A stretch of DNA of 64,000 nucleotides from a virus, in IMG/VR virus record IMGVR_UViG_3300025030_000004, positions 102,653 to 166,652 of that record. One strand, 5' to 3'. Positions 41,648 to 50,451 of this stretch are shown one piece after another; positions within the stretch are counted from its first letter, which is position 1, and the number at the start of each line of letters is the position of its first letter. A program made the position numbers and the translations under genes. A model generated the notes under the pieces. The model had not been told where the DNA came from. It did not search any database and saw only the letters and a program-made list of their open reading frames with translations.

Positions 41648-42112
41648 ATGTTTGAAAAAATTAATTGGGTAAAAATCATGGAAGACAACCGCGAATCAAT
41701 TGAGGAAACCATCAGAGAAGCAAAGAAAGAAACATATAACACTATGCAAGGATGGCACTATGACGTAGAAATCAATGAAAAAGGCGAATCATGGACTAGT
41801 GGTCCTCATTCCAATTCTCAGTCTATGTCGAGCTATAAAGGCGAAACATATATTGTATGTTCACTTAAATCATGGAGCGCAGACTATTATGATGTTCGTG
41901 ATTATATCAGATATGACAAGGAATTAAATGATGAATTTTTAGTACAAAAAGAAAATGAAGATGGTTATGACTCTGAATACGAGTTTATCGAAAATATCCA
42001 TCCTGAAAAATTGGATGAGTGGACAGAAGATGAAAAAGAAGCAGAATTGAGTGAATTCGATCCTAGTGAATTGCTTGACAGGGCAATCCAAGAAGAAAAA
42101 TGGTCTGTTTGA
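41648..42112 (+). CDS. Acidic hypothetical protein
   Basis: AGAGGG SD; Asp/Glu-rich. Confidence 0.65.
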   Translation: MFEKINWVKIMEDNRESIEETIREAKKETYNTMQGWHYDVEINEKGESWTSGPHSNSQSMSSYKGETYIVCSLKSWSADYYDVRDYIRYDKELNDEFLVQKENEDGYDSEYEFIENIHPEKLDEWTEDEKEAELSEFDPSELLDRAIQEEKWSV

Positions 42113-42204
42113 TTAATTTTACTTGGAGAATAGGCAATAACAGCGAACCACTATAACAGCAGGTATTGCCTTCCTTTCGAGGTAAAGTTGATTAAATATG
42201 AGGA

Positions 42205-42441
42205 GTGGGAAGAATGGAATTTGAAAAGAATGAGAATATTATTCAAGGGTTTTCAGAAGGGAGAAGAGAATTTTATATTCAAATCTTAGAAAAAGGTTAT
42301 AATTGTATTTCTCTTAACATCAATGGAGTAAAAGAAAAATCTGAATTCTGCTATATTCCCGAACAAGTTTTAAAATGGGCTGAAAAATTTTGTTTATATA
42401 TCAGTGATGAAGAATATGAGAAATTAGAACGATTGCTTTAA
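42205..42441 (+). CDS. Hypothetical protein (may extend through TAA to 42507)
   Basis: GAGGAG SD; protein-like in-frame continuation after stop. Confidence 0.55.
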   Translation: MGRMEFEKNENIIQGFSEGRREFYIQILEKGYNCISLNINGVKEKSEFCYIPEQVLKWAEKFCLYISDEEYEKLERLL

Positions 42442-42630
42442 ATCGAGTTTGCCGAAAAAGATGCCGAGAAAAGAACTAAAAGACATCTTAATGCTTATGG
42501 TTTCTAGGGCAGTCAATGCCCTTTAAATCATCCAAATCTACATAACAATCATAACAGCACCATTGTAGAGGTTGGAGAATTTAGAGGATGTTGAATCCTA
42601 AAATAAAGTGAGTGAAAGGATGATTAAATT

Positions 42631-42867
42631 ATGCCAAATATGAGTTATTGCAGATTCGAGAATACACTAATAGATGTCAATGATTGTATAAATGCCTTAG
42701 AGGAAAGAAATATCTCTTCAAATAGAGAGAAAAGCAAAGCAAGTAAAATGCTAACGTCAATCTGTAAATTCTTAGTGGTTGAAGGAATTATTGATAATTA
42801 TGATCAAGATATTATCAATGGACTTATTGAAGTGTGCGGAGAACAAGAAGATGAGGAAGACGAATAA
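42631..42867 (+). CDS. Conserved small phage protein (MSYCRFENT type)
   Basis: 'NMSYCRFENT..D..DC' N-terminus. Confidence 0.65.
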   Translation: MPNMSYCRFENTLIDVNDCINALEERNISSNREKSKASKMLTSICKFLVVEGIIDNYDQDIINGLIEVCGEQEDEEDE

Positions 42868-42994
42868 ATCATAGGGAATATTAATTCCCTTTTGAATAAT
42901 CCTGTAAACGCTATAACAGCACACTATAAACCCTTGCAGGATGTTCAAAAGAGTGTTAAATACTCTAAATATAATTAATTGGAGGAATGGACAA

Positions 42995-43282
42995 ATGATA
43001 ACTAAAACACCATTAAAAGTCACTGTAAATATTGATTATTCAAAGGTAAACCTTGACAAAATAAGAACACTCTATGACTTATTACCCTATAGTTTGAAAT
43101 CTCACCATGAGACTTTAAATGATTTTATTAAGGATACCTTACAAGAAATTATCTTTACAACTTCACATATGATCTACCAAGGGACTTATACCATAGAAGA
43201 ATATATTAAGGAAACATTGGCACAAATTGAGGATATAAAAGCTAGGTACTACACTGATTTTCTTTTAGCACTTAATCAATAA
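42995..43282 (+). CDS. Hypothetical protein (possible 3' frameshift)
   Basis: GGAGG SD. Confidence 0.55.
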   Translation: MITKTPLKVTVNIDYSKVNLDKIRTLYDLLPYSLKSHHETLNDFIKDTLQEIIFTTSHMIYQGTYTIEEYIKETLAQIEDIKARYYTDFLLALNQ

Positions 43283-43377
43283 AGGGTTTAAAATCTGGAT
43301 AGAAAACGAAGATAATTATTGTGGCCATTATTAACAACTTATTGAAAGTCTAATATAATAAATGGGAGGCTATAACA

Positions 43378-43650
43378 ATGAACCAAAAATCATGGGAACT
43401 AAAGAACACTAAACAAGTAACAGAAGAGTTATGTTGTAATTGCCAAACCCCTATAACAATTCATTTGCATTATGATGACTTAAGGTTCTGCGAAGAATGC
43501 AGGAATGAAATAACAGCCAGCTACAACGCAAAGCTAAAAGACCCTGAAGAGCAAGAACACATTAACAGATATATTAATTGTGAAGACTTTCTAGAGTCTG
43601 TTTACGAAGAATTGAGTTATGTACCAAGGGGAATTGATGAAAGATTTTAA
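43378..43650 (+). CDS. Zn-finger hypothetical protein
   Basis: CCNC...CEEC; GGGAGG SD. Confidence 0.6.
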   Translation: MNQKSWELKNTKQVTEELCCNCQTPITIHLHYDDLRFCEECRNEITASYNAKLKDPEEQEHINRYINCEDFLESVYEELSYVPRGIDERF

Positions 43651-43734
43651 AGAGCTTTATGCTCTTTGCTCAGTATTTAAACAATATAATAAATATTGAG
43701 CAAGGAATATAAAACTAAAAAGGAGGTTAACCAA

Positions 43735-43836
43735 ATGACAAAAGACAAACAAATATTCATATTTCAAAACCTAACATTTTTACTAGCATTTCTTTTAATG
43801 TGGGCAACAGGAATCATTAAAGTAGTGCATAATTAA
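43735..43836 (+). CDS. 33-aa single-TM peptide (not in ORF track)
   Basis: MTKDKQIFIFQNLTFLLAFLLMWATGIIKVVHN; AAGGAGGT SD. Confidence 0.6.
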   Translation: MTKDKQIFIFQNLTFLLAFLLMWATGIIKVVHN

Positions 43837-43985
43837 ACAATGTAGGCTCTGGACTCAAGGCAAAAACAAATGTCTAGTCCCTGCAAGTCTATTCACATCC
43901 GAGCAAGTTATAAAAATTCACAGTGATTCACTGGTAATGGCATAACCGCCATAACAGCAACAACACTATAATGGGAGGGAATTCT

Positions 43986-44153
43986 ATGATTGATAACAGC
44001 AGTATTTATATTGTCGAAGCCTCAGAGGATGGAGAAAAGTTTCAATATGAATATGGAAACATCAAACACGCTGAAGAACATTATAACAATGAAAAAATTG
44101 CCATAATATATGAATATAACAATGGTAATTATTATCTTGTAAAGAGTAAATAA
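43986..44153 (+). CDS. Small hypothetical protein
   Basis: GGGAGG SD. Confidence 0.55.
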   Translation: MIDNSSIYIVEASEDGEKFQYEYGNIKHAEEHYNNEKIAIIYEYNNGNYYLVKSK

Positions 44154-44177
44154 ATAAATTTTAAGGAGGAAATAACA

Positions 44178-44456
44178 ATGTTCACTTATGACGATTACTC
44201 TTCAGGTATGAAACAAACCATAACAGTGACAGACCAAAAGATCAAGGAATTATCTGACAAGATTCTATCCTTTATGAAATCTCAAAACCAAACAGATTAC
44301 AGTGACACTACAATCCATGAAAATGTTTATAAGTTTGACGTTGACTTTAATGATTATCCGTCTACCTATGGAGTATTAATGGAGATGAAAAAGCATGGAC
44401 TAGTTGAATCTATTCCGCTAGGTTGGAATGATTTTGCATGGAAGTTGATAAAATAA
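44178..44456 (+). CDS. Small protein, possibly winged helix
   Basis: AAGGAGG SD; 'VLMEMKKHGLVES..WKL'. Confidence 0.6.
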   Translation: MFTYDDYSSGMKQTITVTDQKIKELSDKILSFMKSQNQTDYSDTTIHENVYKFDVDFNDYPSTYGVLMEMKKHGLVESIPLGWNDFAWKLIK

Positions 44457-44490
44457 TTAATCACTATACGCAAATTACCCTATAATTTTC

Positions 44491-44745
44491 ATGAATATGT
44501 TTGTATTAAAACCCTTACATGGGCTAAAATTCAATAACAGGGAGGTATATGCTGTGCAAAGATTAACTAGACTCCAGCGTCAACAACTCCAATACATCAA
44601 TCGTCAAATTAAGTATAACAGCCTAACGGGTATAGTTCTGGACGTTGCCTATTATACTATCGATCCTTTTATTATGAGCGCTAAAGTAAATCTATCTAAT
44701 GGTCAAACCGAAATTATACCATTGTCAGATATAATGTTAAAATAA
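44491..44745 (+). CDS. Hypothetical protein
   Basis: Internal GGAGGT SD suggests GTG start near 44554. Confidence 0.5.
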   Translation: MNMFVLKPLHGLKFNNREVYAVQRLTRLQRQQLQYINRQIKYNSLTGIVLDVAYYTIDPFIMSAKVNLSNGQTEIIPLSDIMLK

Positions 44746-44771
44746 TTATGTGGGAAGGAAGTATATTATAA

Positions 44772-45017
44772 ATGTCAAAATCTAACACGGAAATTATAAC
44801 ACTTGCAGCACGGCAGAAAAATTTCAATTATACTGGCGATAATCTTTTCACCTTCGCCGAATGGAGCGCAATGGGTTATAAGATTAACAAAGGGCAAAGA
44901 GCGTTCATTCAAGTCCGGCTATGGTCTAGCGGAGTTAACAAAAGATTAAAACCTGAAAGTTTGTTCAAAGTGGATCAGGTGACTAAGTTAGATGTTAAGA
45001 ATTTAATTATCATATAA
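44772..45017 (+). CDS. ArdC N-terminal-like (ssDNA-binding) small protein
   Basis: 'LFTFAEWSAMGYKINKGQRA' matches TFxxWxxxGxxVxKGxKA motif. Confidence 0.6.
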   Translation: MSKSNTEIITLAARQKNFNYTGDNLFTFAEWSAMGYKINKGQRAFIQVRLWSSGVNKRLKPESLFKVDQVTKLDVKNLIII

Positions 45018-45151
45018 CAGCACCAAATAATAAGTCCTTTAACGCAGACATATTCCCCTATATTCTGCATAACAAATGATATATAATAAATGTAGGATAT
45101 ATAATGTGTTTGTGTTAAAGTCCTTGTATGGGCTATAATTAAAGGGAGGGT

Positions 45152-45358
45152 ATGCAAATGTTTTTAATGAGAATGAGAAGAGAAGGATATCAACCAGTTA
45201 CAGCAAGAATTCACAGTGTTGGAAGCAATGCTATATGTGATGAATTTCATGTAGAATTTGTTACAAGATTATCGACTAATGTAGAATCATATCCTACAGG
45301 AGATATTAGAGTAGTAATATCAGACTTGGAACATCATGGGTTTAAAAAGATTGACTAA
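45152..45358 (+). CDS. Hypothetical protein
   Basis: GGGAGG SD with upstream TATAAT. Confidence 0.55.
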   Translation: MQMFLMRMRREGYQPVTARIHSVGSNAICDEFHVEFVTRLSTNVESYPTGDIRVVISDLEHHGFKKID

Positions 45359-45472
45359 TCCAAGAAAACTATTATTTCATGCCAAGTATGGGATTTCAAA
45401 ACCCTTATAACACAAGGGTTTCAGGGTTCATATGTTTTTGGAATTAAGTAAAATTAGAGGGAGTGTTTAAAA

Positions 45473-45943
45473 ATGAGCAAATTGTATGTAAACAAGGAAT
45501 ATTTAGAGGATTTCTCAAAAGAAATTATGGAGGATACACAGGTTGCTACTTTAGACAATGAAGAGGGGTATATCATTGTCAATGAAGACTACAAAGAAGA
45601 GTTTAATCAAAAGTATCACATTGAATTAGTAGAATTAGAAAAATGGCTCGAAGGTAAATATGATTATAGTGCGGTTGCTGAATTGATTTATGAGATACAA
45701 GAGGTCGAAGATAGTTTGAGTGATTGTTGGGAACAGAAAACCTTAACAGACTTTTATGGAAAAAGAGTAATTCAAAAAGGATTTAAGCTTTTATTTTCAA
45801 AAAACGATTCAGAAATTATTGACCATATTTTAAACAGAGAAAAACTTGATAGTCTTTTTAAGGGATTGCTTAAACCTATAATGGTAAAAGAGGCAGTAGA
45901 TTGGCACAAGGAAAAGATTAAACAATTAAAAGCATGTTTATAA
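45473..45943 (+). CDS. Acidic hypothetical protein
   Basis: GAGGGAG SD. Confidence 0.65.
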   Translation: MSKLYVNKEYLEDFSKEIMEDTQVATLDNEEGYIIVNEDYKEEFNQKYHIELVELEKWLEGKYDYSAVAELIYEIQEVEDSLSDCWEQKTLTDFYGKRVIQKGFKLLFSKNDSEIIDHILNREKLDSLFKGLLKPIMVKEAVDWHKEKIKQLKACL

Positions 45944-46000
45944 CAGCATGAATAGCAAGCTTTATCGGTTTTCAATATAACAGAGAAGGGATGATATTCC

Positions 46001-46273
46001 ATGACTTATGAAGAAGCTAAAGCATATGGAGAAGAATTGATGGAAAGAAATAAAATTGATTCAGATAATCTAAAATTCTTTGATGAAATATACGGAAGAA
46101 GTTCAATGGGTTTAACTCCAGATCATGTTAAGGCATTGCCTGAATGGAAAGAAGCGAAAGAAACATTTAATAAATCTTTTACTGAACTAAGAAATTTTAA
46201 TGCATGGTTCACAAAAACATTTAAAAAAGAATATATGGCTGAAAGACGTAATAGGCGATACAATCAAAAGTAA
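46001..46273 (+). CDS. Conserved small phage protein
   Basis: 'MGLTPDHVK..PEW...LRNFN' motif. Confidence 0.65.
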   Translation: MTYEEAKAYGEELMERNKIDSDNLKFFDEIYGRSSMGLTPDHVKALPEWKEAKETFNKSFTELRNFNAWFTKTFKKEYMAERRNRRYNQK

Positions 46274-46339
46274 ATTCTATTTGCTACACGTACGCATGTG
46301 TGCTACAATCATACCATCACACACAAAGGAGGTCTCACA

Positions 46340-46483
46340 ATGCAAGTATCACTTAACACTCGAATTGAATTAGAATTACGCCAACGTTTAGATGCTTATG
46401 TTAAAAAAACAAATCGTCCTATAGCGCAAATAACAGCCGAGGCTATTGAGAAATATTTAGACGAAAAGGATAAAAAAGATTAA
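46340..46483 (+). CDS. Ribbon-helix-helix DNA-binding protein
   Basis: MQVSLNTRIELELRQRLDAYVKKTNRPIAQITAEAIEKYL. Confidence 0.75.
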   Translation: MQVSLNTRIELELRQRLDAYVKKTNRPIAQITAEAIEKYLDEKDKKD

Positions 46484-46490
46484 AATTTTA

Positions 46491-46519
46491 TTGACGTATG
46501 CGTGCAAGCGTGCTATAAT
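46491..46519 (+). promoter_or_regulatory. SigA promoter with operator-like spacer
   Basis: TTGACG-17-TATAAT; spacer related to that of the promoter at 46280. Confidence 0.7.
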
Positions 46520-46557
46520 TGGTTTAAGAAATTAATCATGAAAGGAAGTATGTAAAA

Positions 46558-46791
46558 ATGGCAAGATTTAATTTATCTTCGAGTCAATCAGACCGTATCA
46601 ATTATGATCAAGAGGTAAAATCCTACGCTTATGATTGTGCCTCTGAGTCAAAAACATCCAAACTCACAAATCAAATAATAGAAACATATTGGGAGCAATT
46701 TAGCGATAATTTAGATACAGATGATATTGAAGAGGCTGAAGCAAGATTTAAAGATATGTTTCCTGAAGGATGGAAAAGTTATTTTAATTAA
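46558..46791 (+). CDS. Small acidic protein (anti-defence candidate)
   Basis: 77 aa, Asp/Glu-rich. Confidence 0.6.
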   Translation: MARFNLSSSQSDRINYDQEVKSYAYDCASESKTSKLTNQIIETYWEQFSDNLDTDDIEEAEARFKDMFPEGWKSYFN

Positions 46792-46814
46792 ATTAAATTA
46801 GGAGTGATTTAATT

Positions 46815-47057
46815 ATGGCAAAAGTTTATGAATTTAGTGCAAATCCTGAATCTGAATTTAAGAATGGTATTCTTGCTGGATTCAATGAAAACGCAATCTC
46901 GGGTAGTGAATATGATTCAGAACGAGCAAAAAATCTTTATGATACGTTAGATGCCTCTATGGATGACGAGGAATATATGCTAGGTGAATTACCTAGCGGT
47001 AAATGGGCATTGATTGGGTTAACGATATCGGGTTATGAGTTTGCGGTTGAGGACTAA
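46815..47057 (+). CDS. Small acidic protein (anti-defence candidate)
   Basis: 80 aa, Asp/Glu-rich. Confidence 0.6.
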   Translation: MAKVYEFSANPESEFKNGILAGFNENAISGSEYDSERAKNLYDTLDASMDDEEYMLGELPSGKWALIGLTISGYEFAVED

Positions 47058-47524
47058 TGGCTAGAACGCACTCAATGAATCGAAAAAAACTTACAATTGA
47101 TGAAATGAAGGCATTGGCAGAATCAAAAGGCGGTCAATGCCTTTCAAATCAGTACGTAAATAACACAACACCTCTCACGTGGCAATGTTCCAAAGGACAT
47201 AAATGGGACGCAAGGCCAGTAGAAATCAAAAACCTAAATACCTGGTGCCCACACTGCTCGGGACGCAGAAAAACTATTCAGGATATGCGTAAGTTTGCCG
47301 AATCTAAAGGCGGTAAATGTTTGTCTGGTAAATATATCAACAATGATACTAAGTTACTTTGGGAGTGTCATAGAGGGCATAGATGGACAGCAAAGCCATT
47401 TAGTATCATTCATCTTAAGAGTTGGTGTCCATTTTGTTACCAAATTCGAAATAAAATGAATAGAAAATTAAGACCAAAACGCAAAAGAAATTTAATTTTT
47501 TCAAAATTGTATTTGGAAGTTTAA
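47057..47524 (+). CDS. Tandem zinc-ribbon repeat protein
   Basis: Two copies of 'AESKGG.CLS..Y.NN.T.L.W.C..GH.W...WCP.C'. Confidence 0.8.
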   Translation: MARTHSMNRKKLTIDEMKALAESKGGQCLSNQYVNNTTPLTWQCSKGHKWDARPVEIKNLNTWCPHCSGRRKTIQDMRKFAESKGGKCLSGKYINNDTKLLWECHRGHRWTAKPFSIIHLKSWCPFCYQIRNKMNRKLRPKRKRNLIFSKLYLEV

Positions 47525-47755
47525 TACAGCAAACGCCGTGATGCCTTCGGGCGATATGTTTTGTATGAGGCGGTTGCGGATATATGTGACGTGGTAAATA
47601 TAATTATTATTTAAATTGCTATTTTTATTAGGTTATGAATGATATACAGAATAGTTATAACAGTTGACACATTTTCTTTGGGAATCTATTGCATTTTCTT
47701 CCATCTAAGAATATACTATCATCAAGAAATAAAAAATATTAAGGAGCGATGTAAA

Positions 47756-48865
47756 ATGTCAAGAAGAAAACCTGCCAATCAACCTTGGAACATCAAACAA
47801 ATTAACACCATGATTAACAAAGGAACTATATCCTTCACGCATCCACTTCAACGTCCTGCCGATCAATGGGAGTTAGTAAACAAGACTCTACTAATTGATT
47901 CTCTATTAACACTCTATTGTCCAGACGTTTTTGCAATCAAAGAGAAGACAGAGCAAGGTAATGTATACTCCATAATTGATGGTAAACAGAGATTAACAAC
48001 TATACATAGTTATATTGCCGACAAATGGGAACTTGGAACAGTTGAACCATTCAGCCTAGAGGCAACAGGTAATGAGACATATAATATCTCAGGTAAAAAG
48101 TTCTCAGAACTGCCCGAAGAAGTCCAAAACGAAATAACAGGTTACACTTTAGGAGTCAAAGTCTTTGAAATAGAAGAGGGAGACGATGAAGAATCAATCA
48201 TTGAGGAAATTTTCTATCGGTTAAATAATGGTAAAGGAATGTCAAAAGAACACAAGGCATTAGTCAGAGCGTCCCATAAAGTACAAAAGTTTGTTCATAG
48301 AATAGCAACAGAGCATAAATTATTTACTGAAGTTGCTAAATTCTCAGAAGGTGCTATCAAAAAGTCAGATATCCAAATGACCATTCTGCAAAGTATTCTA
48401 ACTATCTCAGGACTTGATTTTAATTCATTTGCAGCAAAAGATGTTGAACAAGTATTTGCCGATAATGATATAACAGACTCAATCCTAGACATCACAGAGA
48501 AGTCCTTCGATGCAATTCTTGAAGCATTCCCTGAAAAGCATAAGTTTGTAACAAAGATTAATATTTCTTCAATGGCTTACCTGTTCGCAATCAGCTTGAA
48601 TCATGCTGATACTATTAATAGACTCTTAACTTATGCTAACAGCAAGTCATTACCTGCCGATGAGTATAAACGGTTTACAGGTTCAGGCAATGTTAAGAAG
48701 GTAAATGTATTAAGTAGAATGAAGGGCATCCTGAGTATTTGCGGAGTAGAGAAAAGAGAATTGGTTGAAGAAAATCAATCCGATATAACACCAGACCTTG
48801 AAGAATCAAATGATTATAGGGAAGAAGCAGAATCCATTCTCGAAATAATTAATAATGTAGCGTAA
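47756..48865 (+). CDS. DUF262 (ParB/Srx-like, GmrS-type) domain protein
   Basis: 'LQRP..QW', 'LIDSLL', 'IIDGKQRLTTI', 'IFYRLNNG'. Confidence 0.85.
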   Translation: MSRRKPANQPWNIKQINTMINKGTISFTHPLQRPADQWELVNKTLLIDSLLTLYCPDVFAIKEKTEQGNVYSIIDGKQRLTTIHSYIADKWELGTVEPFSLEATGNETYNISGKKFSELPEEVQNEITGYTLGVKVFEIEEGDDEESIIEEIFYRLNNGKGMSKEHKALVRASHKVQKFVHRIATEHKLFTEVAKFSEGAIKKSDIQMTILQSILTISGLDFNSFAAKDVEQVFADNDITDSILDITEKSFDAILEAFPEKHKFVTKINISSMAYLFAISLNHADTINRLLTYANSKSLPADEYKRFTGSGNVKKVNVLSRMKGILSICGVEKRELVEENQSDITPDLEESNDYREEAESILEIINNVA

Positions 48866-48956
48866 AATAATTAATGGCAGGAGCAATAACAATCTATAAC
48901 AAAGAGTTGATATACTTTCTAGAGTGGGATTAAATAAATTTGAGGAGGAATACATA

Positions 48957-49215
48957 ATGGTTAAAGAGCCAAGTTTTGATCAATTGAGAATGGTAATGGA
49001 AGGTTGAAAAGGTAGACCAACAAAAGAAAAAAGAAGATAGCTTAAATCTTGTCGGACAGCTTAAAAAGGGAGATTGGTTTTATATCAATAAGTCTGGTAA
49101 TGCTATCGTTTTTAAGTTTGAAAAGGTTGAAGGGAAAAGAATAATTGCAACAAATCCCATTGATAATTGTCAAGCAAGAATAGATATCAGTTTTCAAATT
49201 GGAATGCTTAAATAA
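48957..49215 (+). pseudogene. Frameshifted small gene
   Basis: GAGGAGG SD; MVKEPSFDQLRMVME continues in a shifted frame as VEKVDQQKKKEDSLNLVGQLKKGDWFY... Confidence 0.55.
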
Positions 49216-49276
49216 CATAATGGCTTAAATGGCAGAATTCATTGTAATTAAAATAAAATTTGAGAGGAGATTGAAA

Positions 49277-49489
49277 ATGAAAAACAGGTTTTATATTAAT
49301 GACGAAGATTCACACTGGGGTGATTTTAATTATGTCGTAACACCAGAAGGTAAAAAAATTGAGTATTCTTATCTTTGTACAAGAGAGGGAGATGCCCCTC
49401 CAAAAGATAGAAATTATATACTAGCATATGAAACAAATGGAGAAGATTACTCAATTATTGTTGATCCTTATAATACGCAATTAGATTAA
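49277..49489 (+). CDS. Hypothetical protein
   Basis: GAGGAG SD before MKNRF. Confidence 0.55.
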   Translation: MKNRFYINDEDSHWGDFNYVVTPEGKKIEYSYLCTREGDAPPKDRNYILAYETNGEDYSIIVDPYNTQLD

Positions 49490-49539
49490 AATATAACTTT
49501 CCTTGTATAACAAAAATAAAATAAAAAGGGGCGATACAT

Positions 49540-50058
49540 ATGAAAAAGGATTTAGTATCTGCAATTTCAACCAAAAAAGTAATAGGTGGAGACCTAACCG
49601 ATATCGAGGTAGCATCATTCAAGAAATCATGTACCCATAAACTTTCTAAAGAGAAATTAATCAAAACGATTCTATCATTTATCGATAACAACGATGTTCC
49701 AGAGAAAGATAAAGAGGTTTTTAATTTTATTCTTGACGATGATAAAATCCTAGATAAACTTCAAATTTGCACAGATGGTTCATATGTCAATGGTAGAATA
49801 TTTTATAAGAATTTTTATAACAATTGGGACTCTAATATTCAAGTTGATGGTAGGTTCTGGAATAAATTTTATAATGAGACTAGACAATCTTTAGATACTT
49901 TAACTAAAATAGATTATATGAAAGATAATTTTGAGGTTATGTATCTGCACCTTGTCAGTGATGAAGAAGCAATGGAAGATAAAATTTGGTCGGACGAAAT
50001 GGACAGAATATCAAATGATTTTGATAATGATTATCCTTGTGAATACTCAAGCCTTTAA
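49540..50058 (+). CDS. Hypothetical protein
   Basis: ORF with AAGGGG SD. Confidence 0.6.
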   Translation: MKKDLVSAISTKKVIGGDLTDIEVASFKKSCTHKLSKEKLIKTILSFIDNNDVPEKDKEVFNFILDDDKILDKLQICTDGSYVNGRIFYKNFYNNWDSNIQVDGRFWNKFYNETRQSLDTLTKIDYMKDNFEVMYLHLVSDEEAMEDKIWSDEMDRISNDFDNDYPCEYSSL

Positions 50059-50209
50059 ATCAGATGCTTTAAAATCACTCTTTGGTTGCCTTTGAGACAG
50101 GGAATAAAAATAAATTTCTCTGTCTTTTTAATATCCTATTGTTATTATTTATTACTTATTGTATAATTTAGTTAGTAAAACAAATATAATTAATTGGGGG
50201 AATAAGATA

Positions 50210-50392
50210 ATGAGCATATACACAGAAAATGGTTATAAGAACCGGAAAGACTATCTCAGATGTATGTCAGAGGACTACGATATACCTTTAGAAGTAGTTT
50301 ATTCTCTTTCTTCGATGCTTGGCCCTAATGAGGATTTTGATGGTTTAGTAAATACATTAGAAGATGCAGAAGGAGAATTCGAAGAAGAATAG
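50210..50392 (+). CDS. Small acidic conserved phage protein
   Basis: 'NGYKNRKDYL...LGPNEDFDGLV'. Confidence 0.6.
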   Translation: MSIYTENGYKNRKDYLRCMSEDYDIPLEVVYSLSSMLGPNEDFDGLVNTLEDAEGEFEEE

Positions 50393-50451
50393 ATAGGGAA
50401 GTCTAACAAACTTCCTTTAATACTAAAATAAATTTAAGGAGTGACCATAAG

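Larger units (their letters stand above)
36982..50417 (+). repeat. Family of intergenic hairpins with (U)AUAACA loops
   Basis: About 12 imperfect stems at gene boundaries with ATAACA in the loop; see findings. Confidence 0.7.

Noticed and set aside
40865-42441. Genome-wide TAA recoding
   Set aside because: TAA is the usual terminator of clearly complete genes here
47527-47580. Hammerhead ribozyme
   Set aside because: CUGAnGA and GAAA core elements are absent
35761-48660. Apparent excess of GCCGA
   Set aside because: Also occurs elsewhere on both strands and may reflect Ala-Glu/Asp codons; needs counting
36982-50417. ATAACA hairpins as classical integron attC sites
   Set aside because: In attC the TAAC/GTTA boxes form the paired ends; here ATAACA is mostly in loops, and the recombinase shows no evident IntI-specific insertion
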